Shown here: positions 17,726 to 30,387 of the stretch, piece by piece
Position numbering within the stretch: position 1 is the stretch's first letter
Layout of the letters: each line of letters starts with the position of its first letter
Origin: Candidatus Krumholzibacteriota bacterium
GTDB taxonomy: Bacteria > Krumholzibacteriota > Krumholzibacteriia > JAJRXK01
DNA length: 64,000 nucleotides
NCBI GenBank assembly: GCA_029262065.1
Contig: JAJDAC010000044.1
Location: 66,827 to 130,826, forward strand
Direction: 5' to 3'
The notes under the pieces: generated by a model
What the model saw: the letters and a program-made list of their open reading frames with translations, nothing else
Told to the model about the DNA's origin: nothing
The model's database searches: none
Position numbers and translations under genes: made by a program

Positions 17726-19996
17726 ATGAGCGCTTTCGACCAACATCTCGCGCAGGTTACCGATTGGTTCGGTGATCCCCGATTCGGTGGGATCGAGCGC
17801 CTACACACTCCCCGCGAAGTGGCCATGCAGCGCGGCACCATCGCAACCGACTATATCGTGGCGCGCGAGGCGGCCGACGCCTTCTACGCGCGGCTGCGCG
17901 AACTGTTCGATCAACGCAGGTCGATCACCACGTTCGGACCCTACTCCCCGGGACAAGCCGTGACCATGAAGCGGCTGGGGCTGGAAGGAATCTACCTGGG
18001 CGGATGGGCAACCTCGGCCAAGGGCTCACAACACGAAGATCCGGGGGCGGATCTGGCCAGCTATCCGCTGAGTCAGGTGCCCAACGAAGCCGCCCCCATC
18101 GTGCGCGCACTGTTGGCCGCCGACAAGAACCAGCAGTTCGCCCGCTCGCGCATGACGCCCGAGCAGCGCGCGGCCGCGCCCGAGATCGACTTCCGACCGT
18201 TCATCATTGCCGACGCCGACACCGGACACGGAGGCGACGCGCACGTGCGCAACCTGGTGCGCCGCTTCGCGGAAATCGGCGTGCCCGGCTACCACATCGA
18301 GGACCAACGACCGGGCGTGAAGAAGTGCGGCCACCAGGGCGGCAAGGTCCTGGTTCCCCTGGACGAGCAGATCAAGCGACTGAACGCCGCTCGCTTCCAG
18401 CTGGACGTCATGGGCATCGCGGGAATCATCGTGGCCCGTACCGACGCCGAGTCGGCGACATTTCTGGAAGGTCGCGGTGACGAACGCGATCAGCCGTTCA
18501 TCCTGGGCGCCACCAACATGGATCTGCCCACCTACAAAACGGCGTACGTTTCCATTCTCAAGGCATTCTACGAGCGCGGCGTGGAAGATATCCGCGGCCA
18601 TCTACTCTATGCGATTTCCGACACTGAGTTCGAAGCCGCCAAGGTGTGGCTGGATCGCGCGGGATTGACGGCAATGATCGACGAAGCGGCCGACAAACTG
18701 CTGAGCAGTACTCAGCCCGCCGTCGAAGCGACCCTGGATGAGGTCGTGAACCGATTCCTCGAGGTATGGCAGGCCGAGGCCGGTCTGAAAACCTACGGCG
18801 AAGCCATCGGCGATGTGCTGGAGTTCCGCGCGACCGAGGGCGAGTCGTTCGACATGGATCTGGCGCAATGGCGCGACTTCGCGACCAAGGCCTCGTTCTA
18901 CGAAGCGCGCGAAAAAGCCAAATCCATGGGTCTGCAGATCATCTGGAACTGCGAACTCACCAAGACCACCGAGGGCTACTATCACATTCGCAGCGGCATC
19001 GACTACGCCATCGCCAAATCGCTGGCGGCCGCCCCGTTCTCCGACCTGCTATGGATGGAAACCAAGACCGCCGATCTGAAGGACGCGCGCAGGTTCGCCG
19101 AAGCCATCCACGCCGAGTATCCCGATCAGATGCTGGCCTACAACCTGTCGCCGTCGTTCAACTGGGACACCACCGGCATGAGCGACGAAGAGATGTCCAG
19201 ATTCCCCCAGGAACTGGGCAAGTTGGGCTACGTCTTCAATTTCATTACCTACGGTGGCCATCAGATCGACGGCCTCGCCGCCGAGGAATTTGCCACCGCG
19301 CTGCGTGAAGACGGCATGTTGGCGCTGGCCCGACTGCAACGGAAGTTCAGGTTGGTCGAGTCACCGTACCGGACACCCCAAACACTGGTGGGCGGACCGC
19401 GCCTCGACGGCGCACTCATGGCCTCCACCGGCCGCACCGCATCGACCAAGGCCATGGGCAAGGGCTCCACGCAATTCCAGCACCTGGTACAAACCGAGGT
19501 ACCGCCGACGCTGCTCGCGGGATGGTTGGACCTGTGGGCCGAGCACTACGACCTGCCCCGAGGTCTACGCGTGGAACTACGCCCCCACACCGCGGCGTCC
19601 GAACTACTGGAACTTCGAATCTTCAGCGCGAAACAAGAAAAAGTGGCCGACGTGGTGTTCGCGAACATCCATGACCGTCGCGGCCACAGCATCCTCTCGG
19701 TGCGCGATCAAAACACCTTCGACACCGCGCTGCGTAAGAAACGGCTCATGTCCATCACGCATCTGTTCCTGATCCACCGCTACAAGGCCTATTCGGTGCA
19801 CTACGTAAGCCCCACCGAAGACAACGAGTACCAGTGCAAGAAAATGCAGGATCACGGCCTGTTTGCCGACGTGCATAGCGAGGTGGGCCATATCATCGTG
19901 GCCACGGTCAATCACGAGCGCGTGGCCAGGCTGCTCGAGTCCGATCAGGTGGCGTTGAAGAAGCTGATCGACAAGACTGAGCCGCCGTCGTCGTAA
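17726..19996 (+). CDS. aceA: isocitrate lyase, long (ICL2/AceAb-like, 756 aa) form
   Basis: ICL signature KKCGHQGGK and [13 protein letters not shown], a TIM-barrel core, plus the eukaryote/mycobacterial-type insertion and C-terminal extension. Confidence 0.9.
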   Translation: MSAFDQHLAQVTDWFGDPRFGGIERLHTPREVAMQRGTIATDYIVAREAADAFYARLRELFDQRRSITTFGPYSPGQAVTMKRLGLEGIYLGGWATSAKGSQHEDPGADLASYPLSQVPNEAAPIVRALLAADKNQQFARSRMTPEQRAAAPEIDFRPFIIADADTGHGGDAHVRNLVRRFAEIGVPGYHIEDQRPGVKKCGHQGGKVLVPLDEQIKRLNAARFQLDVMGIAGIIVARTDAESATFLEGRGDERDQPFILGATNMDLPTYKTAYVSILKAFYERGVEDIRGHLLYAISDTEFEAAKVWLDRAGLTAMIDEAADKLLSSTQPAVEATLDEVVNRFLEVWQAEAGLKTYGEAIGDVLEFRATEGESFDMDLAQWRDFATKASFYEAREKAKSMGLQIIWNCELTKTTEGYYHIRSGIDYAIAKSLAAAPFSDLLWMETKTADLKDARRFAEAIHAEYPDQMLAYNLSPSFNWDTTGMSDEEMSRFPQELGKLGYVFNFITYGGHQIDGLAAEEFATALREDGMLALARLQRKFRLVESPYRTPQTLVGGPRLDGALMASTGRTASTKAMGKGSTQFQHLVQTEVPPTLLAGWLDLWAEHYDLPRGLRVELRPHTAASELLELRIFSAKQEKVADVVFANIHDRRGHSILSVRDQNTFDTALRKKRLMSITHLFLIHRYKAYSVHYVSPTEDNEYQCKKMQDHGLFADVHSEVGHIIVATVNHERVARLLESDQVALKKLIDKTEPPSS

Positions 19997-20578
19997 CTAC
20001 TCACGGCGGCCGTTGTAGATGGTTCCGCCTGAAGCGACGTACTGCTCGAGAACCTTGGCGGCCTCGCTTCGGCTTACCGCGAGTCGAACGTCGATGGCAC
20101 GATCTTCGAGCGTGCTCACCCAGTTCTGGGGCTTGGCCCCCTCGTCCATGCCAATCCTCTCGGCGTCGTCGCCGGTCGCTCCGCACACGAGACGGCGAAC
20201 GCCAGACCATGGCACCGAGCCCAAGCACATGGCGCAGGGTTCGGTGCTGGACACCAGGACCTTGGGGCTCTCTCCCGGCCCACCCAGGTCGTGGCTCCCA
20301 ACAACTTTCTGGGCTACCGAAAGCGCCACCACCTCGGCGTGCGCGGCCGAACACCGCGCCTCGACCACGACGTTTACGCCTGGCGCCACGAGCCGATGGC
20401 TGTCCATGTCAAAAACGGCCGCGCCAAACGGTCCACCGGTTTTCTCCTCGACGTTTCTGCGCGACAACGCCACCACGAGTTCCATCTTGTCCTCGTCGGT
20501 CCGATAGACCGACGAATCACCAGCCAGTTGCTCCTGCAGCCATTTTGGAAGCTCGAGCGAGATTCCCGGGAACGCCAT
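19997..20578 (-). CDS. CDA-fold nucleobase deaminase (cytosine/guanine deaminase-like)
   Basis: Zinc-binding HAE ... PCAMC motifs. Overall resemblance to FCY1-type cytosine deaminase and B. subtilis GuaD. Start taken at the internal Met (MAFPGISLE...); the ORF-track start is 20626. Confidence 0.7.
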   Translation of the reverse strand: MAFPGISLELPKWLQEQLAGDSSVYRTDEDKMELVVALSRRNVEEKTGGPFGAAVFDMDSHRLVAPGVNVVVEARCSAAHAEVVALSVAQKVVGSHDLGGPGESPKVLVSSTEPCAMCLGSVPWSGVRRLVCGATGDDAERIGMDEGAKPQNWVSTLEDRAIDVRLAVSRSEAAKVLEQYVASGGTIYNGRRE

Positions 20579-20646
20579 GACAGACCCCTCCTCTAGAAGT
20601 CGATTCAGCCGTGGATCATACCGCAATCGCTCGTTAGACTCTCTGT

Positions 20647-22730
<2,084 letters not shown>

Positions 22731-22734
<4 letters not shown>

Positions 22735-23654
22735 TCGGGCTTCCGCTCGTCACGCTTCAGGTCCCACCCCGAAGAATCCGGCGCCGCCAACGCATCCAGA
22801 TCGAGATCGGCCATGATCAGATTTTCATGGCGGGAAACCGAATCGATCTTTCCGTCCGGACCGCAGAAATAACTTTCGCCGAAGTACTCGACGTTCCAGG
22901 GGGGCTCCGCGCCCATCCGATTGGATCCACCGATATAGATGCCGTGTCGCGCCGCTTCGACCGGAAACTCCAGATGCCACATGCGCTGGGATTTCGCACC
23001 GAAGGTTACCGCGGGCGAGAAAACGATCTCCGCACCCCGGCGAGCCAGGGCGGACATCATGCCCTCGAAGTGACGGTCGTAGCAGATGACCACGCCGACA
23101 CGACCGACTGAAGATTGAAACACGGGCCGGATACGAGGATCATCGGGGCCGCAGTTCGCGTCCGAAGGCCAATCACTTCGGTCGTAGTAGAACGTCTCGG
23201 CAAAGCTCCCCATCTCGTTCGAGCCTTGGGGAATGTGGGCTTTTCGGTACTTTCCCAGGATGCTGCCGTCGGCCTCGATGATCACCGCGGTGTTGAAGCG
23301 CGTGCCGCTCGCCGAATCCAATTCGTAGATGGGCGCGACCAGGACCACCGATAGTTCGCGAGCGATCTCCCGCAATCGGCTGACGGTTGGTCCCGATTCC
23401 GCGTTTTCCGCCAGCTGCCGCCACATTTCGTTCTTTTCCAGGGCGAAGTACGGCGCGCAGAACAGCTCTCCCAATCCCACGATCTGCGCCCCAGATCCTT
23501 GGGCGGCGCGAATCAGATCCACGTGGTGCTCGACGTTGGCATTGCGAACCTGATCCAGGCAGCCCGCGAGCTGGGAGAGTCCGGCCACACTGGTCGGCAT
23601 CGGCGCGTACGCGTTTCGCGTCTGGGTCATGGCGGCACGAACGATTCGAGTCAC
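22731..23654 (-). CDS. carbon-nitrogen hydrolase (beta-ureidopropionase / N-carbamoyl-amino-acid amidohydrolase-like)
   Basis: Nitrilase-superfamily E-K-C triad context: GELF (Glu), YRKAHIP (Lys), VVICYDRHF (Cys). 307 aa. 4-nt overlaps with its neighbours. Confidence 0.8.
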
Positions 23655-25012
23655 TCTCGATCAACTCCGGTAAAGAGAACACCCACCGTCTCGTCGGGAC
23701 CCAGGCCTCCGGTGCCACGAAGTTGTTCCAGGCCGGCAAGCCCCGCGGTACCGGTAGCGCATACCCGCCCCGAATCGGACATGGCCTCGTTCCCCGCTTC
23801 GTGCGCCGTCATCAACTCTTGTTCCGAAACAACGAGTGGATGACCACCGGTTTCCAGCATGGCCCGCACGATCGGCAGCCAGTCGTAGGTTTCGTCGTCC
23901 AGGATACCGTAGGCCACGCTGTGCGGCTTGGTTTCCCAGGGCCACATGAACCTCGAGCGGTGGTGGGCCGCATACTCGAGCGCGCGTTCCACGTCGGCGC
24001 CTTTGTCAACGAGAGACGCAACCTTCCCGAACGCGCGTTGGAGCGGCGATGCGCTCGCGGTCTGAACCGCATGGATCACCGGCATTCGCGGCAACAGGCC
24101 GAACGCCAGGGCTTCGCGTAATCCGGCAATGACCGAGGTGGCCAGCGTCCCGCCTCCCACCTGGATGAACAGGCGGTCCAGGGATTCCCCACCAGCCGCG
24201 AGTTGGGCGGCCATTTCATAGCCGATCAGCAGCCCACCCTCGACGACCAGACCATTCTCGCGCGCCTGGACCGTGAACGGAATCGCCCCATCTTCCAGCG
24301 CCTTCTGCAAACCAAGGTAGCACGGGTCGCCCTGCGGCATGTCGGTGGTGCGGACACAGACCTCGAGCTTCGCGCCAAGCTCGCGCAGGCGCGAAATCGT
24401 GGCCGGGTGCCCATCTTCGGGTACGAACGTGGACAGCAACCTATCCGATGCGCGCGCGACGACCGCGGCGCCGATGGCCGCGTTGCCGCAACTGGCGATG
24501 GCCAGACTGCGATCCGCCAGATCGCTGCCAAGGTGCGCCGCCAGTTTCAGATGCAGCATGACCGCAAACAAATGTCGCGCCTTGTGCGACCCGCCAACGT
24601 TGTTCGACTCGTTCTTGATCCAGACCCGAACATCTTCGCGATCGCTCAGATCGTCACTGGGGCCAAAGGGCGTAACCCGAAAACCTCGACCGTCCACGGC
24701 GGCAATCGATGCGTCGAGATCGCGAATCCAATCCACGAACACGGCATCACCCACACCCGATGACATGGCTGTCTGATAGGAGGCCAGGAACCGACGGTAG
24801 CGCACGAACGGGTTGGGATCGTCGTCGACAATTCCCGCCGCGGGTGACAGTGCCCCGGGCTTGGCCGAGACGTGTCGAACGAGTAGGTGATCTACGTCGT
24901 CGTCGTTGCTGGCCGCCGGGCAGCGAAACGGAAACGGGTCTTTGGGGTCCGCTTCGGCGTTGCAGGCCTGACACACGAGCCTTACGGCCGGATCCAATTC
25001 AGACCGTGACAC
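23651..25012 (-). CDS. PLP-dependent fold-type-II enzyme (threonine synthase / diaminopropionate ammonia-lyase-like)
   Basis: VWIKNESNNVGGSHKARH (PLP lysine) ... AIASCGNAAIGAA pattern. Start reassigned to GTG 25012 (preceded by GGGAG) instead of ORF-track 25123, which would overlap the upstream gene by 125 nt. Confidence 0.7.
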   Translation of the reverse strand: MSRSELDPAVRLVCQACNAEADPKDPFPFRCPAASNDDDVDHLLVRHVSAKPGALSPAAGIVDDDPNPFVRYRRFLASYQTAMSSGVGDAVFVDWIRDLDASIAAVDGRGFRVTPFGPSDDLSDREDVRVWIKNESNNVGGSHKARHLFAVMLHLKLAAHLGSDLADRSLAIASCGNAAIGAAVVARASDRLLSTFVPEDGHPATISRLRELGAKLEVCVRTTDMPQGDPCYLGLQKALEDGAIPFTVQARENGLVVEGGLLIGYEMAAQLAAGGESLDRLFIQVGGGTLATSVIAGLREALAFGLLPRMPVIHAVQTASASPLQRAFGKVASLVDKGADVERALEYAAHHRSRFMWPWETKPHSVAYGILDDETYDWLPIVRAMLETGGHPLVVSEQELMTAHEAGNEAMSDSGRVCATGTAGLAGLEQLRGTGGLGPDETVGVLFTGVDRE

Positions 25013-26498
25013 CAGTCTCCCGATTGAATGCTTCGATCTGCTGATCCCAGGCGGGAACCAGGTCTCGAAGGCCGCGCCAGAACGACTGATGGCGTCGCTG
25101 CTCGAATTCTTCCAAGGCCACATTCTGCTGTTCGACCCAGGTAAAGTAACCCAGCTGGAAAATGCGCTCCCGTTCGCGTTGTCCCAGCTCCAGGTAGTGA
25201 TCGATGGACTGAGCCGCCAAGGATCGCCCGAAAACCTCGGCCGCCGCTACCGCGTCGAAGCTGCCTCCAAAGCGGGTTTTCAAGGTCTTGGCCCGCTCGC
25301 TCTTGTACAGCGGAGCGCCATCGGTGGCCACGGTCATGACCACATCGTTGGCCCCCAGCCGGAAGTACTTCGCCGTTTTGATGGCCGCCAGGATGTTACA
25401 GATGCCCGATGTTCCCAACGAGTTGAGCGAATCACAATCTTGTTGGGAGAGACCCTTTCGATCCTTCAGGAACGCCTGGCCCTCTGGACTATTGAAAAGC
25501 AGATCCAGTCCGTCGGTGTCCACGTCGGAAATCGCCGTGACCGCGTCGTTGTTCATGATGTTGTGAATGAGCGGCAGGTGTTTGTCGCCGATTCCCTGGA
25601 TGTTGTGCTCACCGTACCCGTTGTATAGAAGCGTAGGGCACTCGAGCGCCTCTACCGCGACCGTCCGCGAACCAAAGTGGTCTTTCAAATAGTCTCCGGC
25701 GGCAATGGTGCCGGCCGATCCGGTCGCCGACGTGAATGCTCGCAGACGAACAGAATCATTTCCACCCTGATAGTCCAGAAACGCCTGGGCCAGGGCTCGC
25801 CCGGTGCAGGTGTAGTGAACCAGATGATTTCCGAACTCACAGAACTGATTGAAGATCACATTCTGGGGATCGTGTTCCAGGGCGTTGCAGGCGTCGTAGA
25901 TCTCTTTGACGTTGCTCTCGGTGCCGGGCGTGCGAACAATGTCGCTCTCGGCTTCCACCCAGTGCGAAAGCCAATCGAATCGCTCCTGACTCATTCCCTC
26001 GGGCAGAATCGCCGTGCCCCGACAACGGAGCAGTCGGGAAATGGCGATGCCACCGCGACAGTAGTTGCCGGTGGAAGGCCAGATGGCACGGTGCTGCGCC
26101 GGATCGAACTGTCCAGTGACAATTCGTGGCACCAAGCAGCCATAGGCGGCCAGGACCTTGTGGGCGCCAATCATGGGAAAGCGATCGCCCAAAAGAACAA
26201 CGATACGGGCGGAGATACCGGTCAGCGCCTTGGGCACCACCCAGTACTGCGGGCAGTCCACCAAGGAACGTCGATCAGGACCGTTGTACCAATGGACGCG
26301 AAATAGATTGAGTGGGTGCGGATCGTCCGGGTCGACATCGGCGAGGGCCCGTTGCACGTTCTCGGGAATACGGCTGGGATTGGCCAGCTGGTCGATGGTT
26401 GGCAGCAACACGGACGCGTCCCGCAGTCGTTCGATCGACGAGCCATATACTTCGGCGTTCTTGATGGTCTTCTCCAGGCCCAGCTTCGTCACGCTCAT
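24999..26498 (-). CDS. PLP-dependent fold-type-II enzyme (cysteine synthase/CBS/threonine dehydratase-like), 499 aa
   Basis: MIGAHKVLAAYG (candidate PLP Lys) ... PSTGNYCRGGIAIS ... TSATGSAGTIAAG glycine-rich loop order typical of fold II. Confidence 0.65.
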   Translation of the reverse strand: MSVTKLGLEKTIKNAEVYGSSIERLRDASVLLPTIDQLANPSRIPENVQRALADVDPDDPHPLNLFRVHWYNGPDRRSLVDCPQYWVVPKALTGISARIVVLLGDRFPMIGAHKVLAAYGCLVPRIVTGQFDPAQHRAIWPSTGNYCRGGIAISRLLRCRGTAILPEGMSQERFDWLSHWVEAESDIVRTPGTESNVKEIYDACNALEHDPQNVIFNQFCEFGNHLVHYTCTGRALAQAFLDYQGGNDSVRLRAFTSATGSAGTIAAGDYLKDHFGSRTVAVEALECPTLLYNGYGEHNIQGIGDKHLPLIHNIMNNDAVTAISDVDTDGLDLLFNSPEGQAFLKDRKGLSQQDCDSLNSLGTSGICNILAAIKTAKYFRLGANDVVMTVATDGAPLYKSERAKTLKTRFGGSFDAVAAAEVFGRSLAAQSIDHYLELGQRERERIFQLGYFTWVEQQNVALEEFEQRRHQSFWRGLRDLVPAWDQQIEAFNRETGVTV

Positions 26499-27724
26499 CT
26501 CCTCTGCTCGAGCCGCGACCAGAGACGAGAGGCCTCGGCTTCGGCGCGAGTTCGAATGTATTCCATGTCGGCCGAGGTGAGCTTTCCCTCCGCGACCACC
26601 AATCTTCCTCCGACCACAACGTGGCGAACCCTATCGCCTTCCACCACGATCAGGTCGGCCATCGATCCCGGCGCGAGATCGAAATCCGCGTCGAAGATCT
26701 CGCCCATCAACTTGCGGCCGGCATCCAGCCGGCCGTCGACGGCTTCTGAACGCTCGCCATGCTCCGCCGCATCCAAGGCCAGAACCGCCCGCTCTTCTTT
26801 CATATAGGCAGGGTAGCCGTCGGTGCCCAGGGCCACGCGCTTGCTCTCGCGAATCGATCGCGGGTAGCCCACGCCATTGCCCCGATTGGAACGCGGATTC
26901 TGCACGATCCAAAGTCCTGCTTCGTCGATCGCGCGTACGGACTCAGCCGAGGTGTGAACGCAGTGGGCCAGAATCGACCCGGCCGGCGCCACATTCAGTC
27001 GCCGAAGCCGATCCCACGGATCGAGGTAGCCCCGGGCCTGGGCATCGACCACGTCGGCCATGTCCTCGGCCACATGGATGTGCAGGGGTACGTCCAACTC
27101 ACGACAAACGTCGCCGACTTCGCGCAGGGTTTCATCGGAAACGGTGAACGAAGCATGCACACCTACCATGCCCCTCACCAGTGGCCGGCGATTCTCGCGT
27201 ACGAAGCGGCGGCACTCGCGCATCCCTTCGGCGGCTTCGTCGCGCCCCCGATTTCTTTCGGTTGCTCCGTACGCTATCACGGCGCGAATCCCAAGTTGAG
27301 AAGCGACGTCTGCAATCACGTCGAGCGAACCGTCGATGAAGTTGGGCGACTCGTGATGGTCAACAAGGCTCGTGGTGCCGTACAGCAGTGCGTTGGCCAG
27401 GTAGAACTCGGCCGATGCGCGCAACGCAGCTTCATCGAGGGCCTCGTCCAACGGCCACCAGACCCGTTCCAGAATCTGAACGAAATTTTCGGGCGCCATG
27501 GCCGGAGCGGGCATGTCGAACGGGGCCAACCCGCTGTACACGTGGGTATGGGAATTCACGAATCCCGGCTGAATGCGACCGCCCGTGCAATCGACCGCCT
27601 GTGCCCCGCTGGTCCCGGCGCCTTGCGCGGTTTTCGAGTTCCGGGTTTCGCGAATGCGATCCCCCTCGATGAAAACCGTGAGTCCGGTTTCATCTGGACC
27701 AAGGATCAGACCCGGCTGGCTCAT
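26495..27724 (-). CDS. amidohydrolase of the chlorohydrolase / cytosine-guanine deaminase superfamily (SsnA-like)
   Basis: Metal-binding HTHVYSG near the N-terminus, ...HIHVAED..., ...LGTDGY.... 409 aa. Sits beside the XdhD-like and YgfK-like genes as ssnA does in E. coli. Confidence 0.7.
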   Translation of the reverse strand: MSQPGLILGPDETGLTVFIEGDRIRETRNSKTAQGAGTSGAQAVDCTGGRIQPGFVNSHTHVYSGLAPFDMPAPAMAPENFVQILERVWWPLDEALDEAALRASAEFYLANALLYGTTSLVDHHESPNFIDGSLDVIADVASQLGIRAVIAYGATERNRGRDEAAEGMRECRRFVRENRRPLVRGMVGVHASFTVSDETLREVGDVCRELDVPLHIHVAEDMADVVDAQARGYLDPWDRLRRLNVAPAGSILAHCVHTSAESVRAIDEAGLWIVQNPRSNRGNGVGYPRSIRESKRVALGTDGYPAYMKEERAVLALDAAEHGERSEAVDGRLDAGRKLMGEIFDADFDLAPGSMADLIVVEGDRVRHVVVGGRLVVAEGKLTSADMEYIRTRAEAEASRLWSRLEQRR

Positions 27725-30387
27725 TTGCCGTTCCGCTTGGGCCGAATCTTCCCCACCGACATTGCGCGCGCGGCCGGAGAGTCTTTCATGGGCAGGGTAT
27801 AGCGACGAATGCCATCGAAGGCCTCGAGCGCGCCGGCCACGGCGCCAGCCGTGGGAACCAGGCCGATTTCGCCAACCCCCTTGGCACCAAACGGACCCTC
27901 GGGCTCAGCGTCTTCGACCAGAATGACGTCCACGTCGGGCATGTCACGGGCACGTAGCACGCCGATCTCCTTCAGCTTGAACGTCACCGGCATGCCGTTG
28001 TCGCACGGCAATTCTTCGGTAAGGGCATAGCCCAGCCCCATGTGGACCGAGCCTTCAATCTGCCCCTCACACAGAGCGGGATTCACGGCGCGGCCGACGT
28101 CGTGGGCCGCGAGGAATCGATCGACACGTCCGTTCTCGTCCAGAATGCAAACCTGGGCGGCGTAGCCGTACGAAGTATGGGTCTTTTCCTTGCCGGTCTT
28201 GCTCTTGCCCGGTGCGTTCGTATCGTCGATGACGACATCGCCCTGGTACACCTGCCCCACCAGGTCCTTCAGTTGTTTTCCGGCGTCCAACTGGGCTCGC
28301 AACTTTATCGCCGCCGCTACCACGGCCCTTCCGCCCAACAACGTGGCCCGCGAACCGGTGGTCTGCCCCGAGCCAAGCTCGAAGGTCGAGTTTACCTTGA
28401 CCCGGAACAGATCGGGCGCGAGTCCGGTGACCTCCACCGCGAACTGAACCAAGACCGTAAGCAGGCCCTGTCCCATTTCGGTGTAGCCGTTGTAGATGGT
28501 GACGGTGCCGTCGTCTTCCACCACCAACCGGGACTTGCCCCACTCTTCGGCACCATTGCCAATGCCGCTGTTCTTGATTCCGCAGCCAATTCCCACGGCC
28601 TTGCCCGACTTCACGGCCGCGTAGTACGGGTCCTTGACCGCGGCCAGACATCGCTTGAGCCCCACGGACTTTTCCAGGATCTGGCCGCTGCTGACCTGCG
28701 ACCCCACTTCCACCGCGTTGCGCCAGCGAATTTCCCAGGCGTCGATCCCCGCCTTGTTGGCCAGCGCGTCCATGCAGCCTTCCATGGCGAAATGGGCTTG
28801 ATTGGCCCCGAACCCTCGCATGGCGCCGCAAGGTGGATTGTTGGTATAGGCACCCACGGAAACAACGTCTACCGCTGGCACCTTGTACGGACCGCAGCTA
28901 TGCCCCGCCGCGCGTTCCATGACCTTGGCGCCCACCGATGCGTACGCCCCGGAATCGCCGACAATGCGCGCCTTCACGGCCGTAAGCAAACCATCGGCAT
29001 CACAGCCAACGGTGTATTCCATCTTTATGGGATGCCGTTTCGGGTGAAGTCGAATCGACTCCTCGCGGCTGAGCGTGAGCTTGACGGGCTTGCCGACCTT
29101 GAAACACAGCAAGGCCGTCTGCGACTGGACGGACATGTCTTCCTTGCCGCCAAAAGCGCCGCCGTTGGGAACCAACTCTACGAAGATCTTCTCTTGGGGC
29201 AGTCCCAGGAAGTCGGCCACCTGACGCCGGTCGTCGAACACGCCCTGGCCCTGCGAAAGAAGTCGAATCGACCCGCCCTCCATGGGGGCGGCAATGGCGC
29301 TTTCCGGTTCCAGGAACATGTGCTCGATACGCTGCGTTTCCCAGGTACCGCTGACCACGTGGGCGCTCGCATTCAGCGCCGCGTCCGCGTCACCGCGTTG
29401 GATGACCGTGCGCGATAGCTCGTTCGGATGCTTCGGATTGACCTGCGGCGCACCCGGCTTGAGCGAACTTTCGGCATCGAGCACGGCGTCGAGAACCTCG
29501 TACTGCACTTCGATGAGGTCCACCGCGCGACGCGCGGTAGTCCGATCGACCGCCGCCACCGCGGCCAGCACATCTCCCACGTACCGCGCCTCTTCGCCCT
29601 GGGCCACGAAGCCAGGCCAATCCTTCAGAATGAGCCCGTACCAGCGTTCACCAGGTACGTCGGCCGCGGTGACCACTGCCTCCACGCCGTCGAGGGCCAT
29701 GGCTTTGCGCGTGTCGATCTTCACGATCTTTGCCCGCGCGTGATCCGATAATTTCACCGCACCGTGCAACATTCCGGGCATCTGTATGTCGGCCACGTAG
29801 GGACGATCGCCCATGGCCAGGTCCACGCCATCGTATTTGCCCAGGCTGTCGCCCACGCCACCCGCCGTGGTGATCTGGGGCTCCCCTTCGCCCCGCCATG
29901 CTTTGGCCATGAGCTCGAACGCGTCCAGGATCTTGGTGTAGCCAGTGCAACGGCACAGATGTATGTCGATGGCCTTGGCCACTTCCGCGCGCGTCGGCGA
30001 CGGATTAGCGTCGAGCAGGGCCTTCGCTCGCAACGCCATGCCCGGTATGCAGAACCCGCACTGTAGTCCGGCCGCCGCCACGAACGCGTCGGCAATACGC
30101 TTGCGGTCCAGCGGCTCCAGCCCCTCGAGAGTTGTAATGGACTTGCCCGCGGACTTCTCGGCCGGAGCGGCGCAACTGACTCGCGGTTTGCCATCCACCA
30201 GCACCAGACAACATCCGCACTGGCCCTGCGGCTGGCATCCATCTTTGGGCGAGATGACGTCGCAACGATCGCGAAGGGCGTCCAGCAGGGACTCGTCTGG
30301 TCGAACCTCGATCTTGGTCGGCGCGCCGTTGAGCGTAAACTCCATCTTGTGCGTCGACCCGTTGGTGGGCCCTTGACTGTCGGTCAT
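27721..30387 (-). CDS. fused [2Fe-2S]-molybdopterin hydroxylase (XdhD-like xanthine-dehydrogenase-family protein)
   Basis: N-terminal 2Fe-2S ferredoxin cysteines (CQPQGQCGCCLV...; GLQCGFCIPGM) fused to the aldehyde-oxidase/XDH a/b hammerhead and MoCo-binding domains. Start set at Met 30387 (ATGA overlap with the upstream gene), not ORF-track 30777. Confidence 0.8.
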   Translation of the reverse strand: MTDSQGPTNGSTHKMEFTLNGAPTKIEVRPDESLLDALRDRCDVISPKDGCQPQGQCGCCLVLVDGKPRVSCAAPAEKSAGKSITTLEGLEPLDRKRIADAFVAAAGLQCGFCIPGMALRAKALLDANPSPTRAEVAKAIDIHLCRCTGYTKILDAFELMAKAWRGEGEPQITTAGGVGDSLGKYDGVDLAMGDRPYVADIQMPGMLHGAVKLSDHARAKIVKIDTRKAMALDGVEAVVTAADVPGERWYGLILKDWPGFVAQGEEARYVGDVLAAVAAVDRTTARRAVDLIEVQYEVLDAVLDAESSLKPGAPQVNPKHPNELSRTVIQRGDADAALNASAHVVSGTWETQRIEHMFLEPESAIAAPMEGGSIRLLSQGQGVFDDRRQVADFLGLPQEKIFVELVPNGGAFGGKEDMSVQSQTALLCFKVGKPVKLTLSREESIRLHPKRHPIKMEYTVGCDADGLLTAVKARIVGDSGAYASVGAKVMERAAGHSCGPYKVPAVDVVSVGAYTNNPPCGAMRGFGANQAHFAMEGCMDALANKAGIDAWEIRWRNAVEVGSQVSSGQILEKSVGLKRCLAAVKDPYYAAVKSGKAVGIGCGIKNSGIGNGAEEWGKSRLVVEDDGTVTIYNGYTEMGQGLLTVLVQFAVEVTGLAPDLFRVKVNSTFELGSGQTTGSRATLLGGRAVVAAAIKLRAQLDAGKQLKDLVGQVYQGDVVIDDTNAPGKSKTGKEKTHTSYGYAAQVCILDENGRVDRFLAAHDVGRAVNPALCEGQIEGSVHMGLGYALTEELPCDNGMPVTFKLKEIGVLRARDMPDVDVILVEDAEPEGPFGAKGVGEIGLVPTAGAVAGALEAFDGIRRYTLPMKDSPAARAMSVGKIRPKRNGK

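Noticed and set aside
25013-25123. Upstream start (25123) for the threonine-synthase-like PLP gene
   Set aside because: It would overlap the preceding gene by 125 nt. GTG 25012 with GGGAG 5-9 nt upstream gives a normal short overlap.
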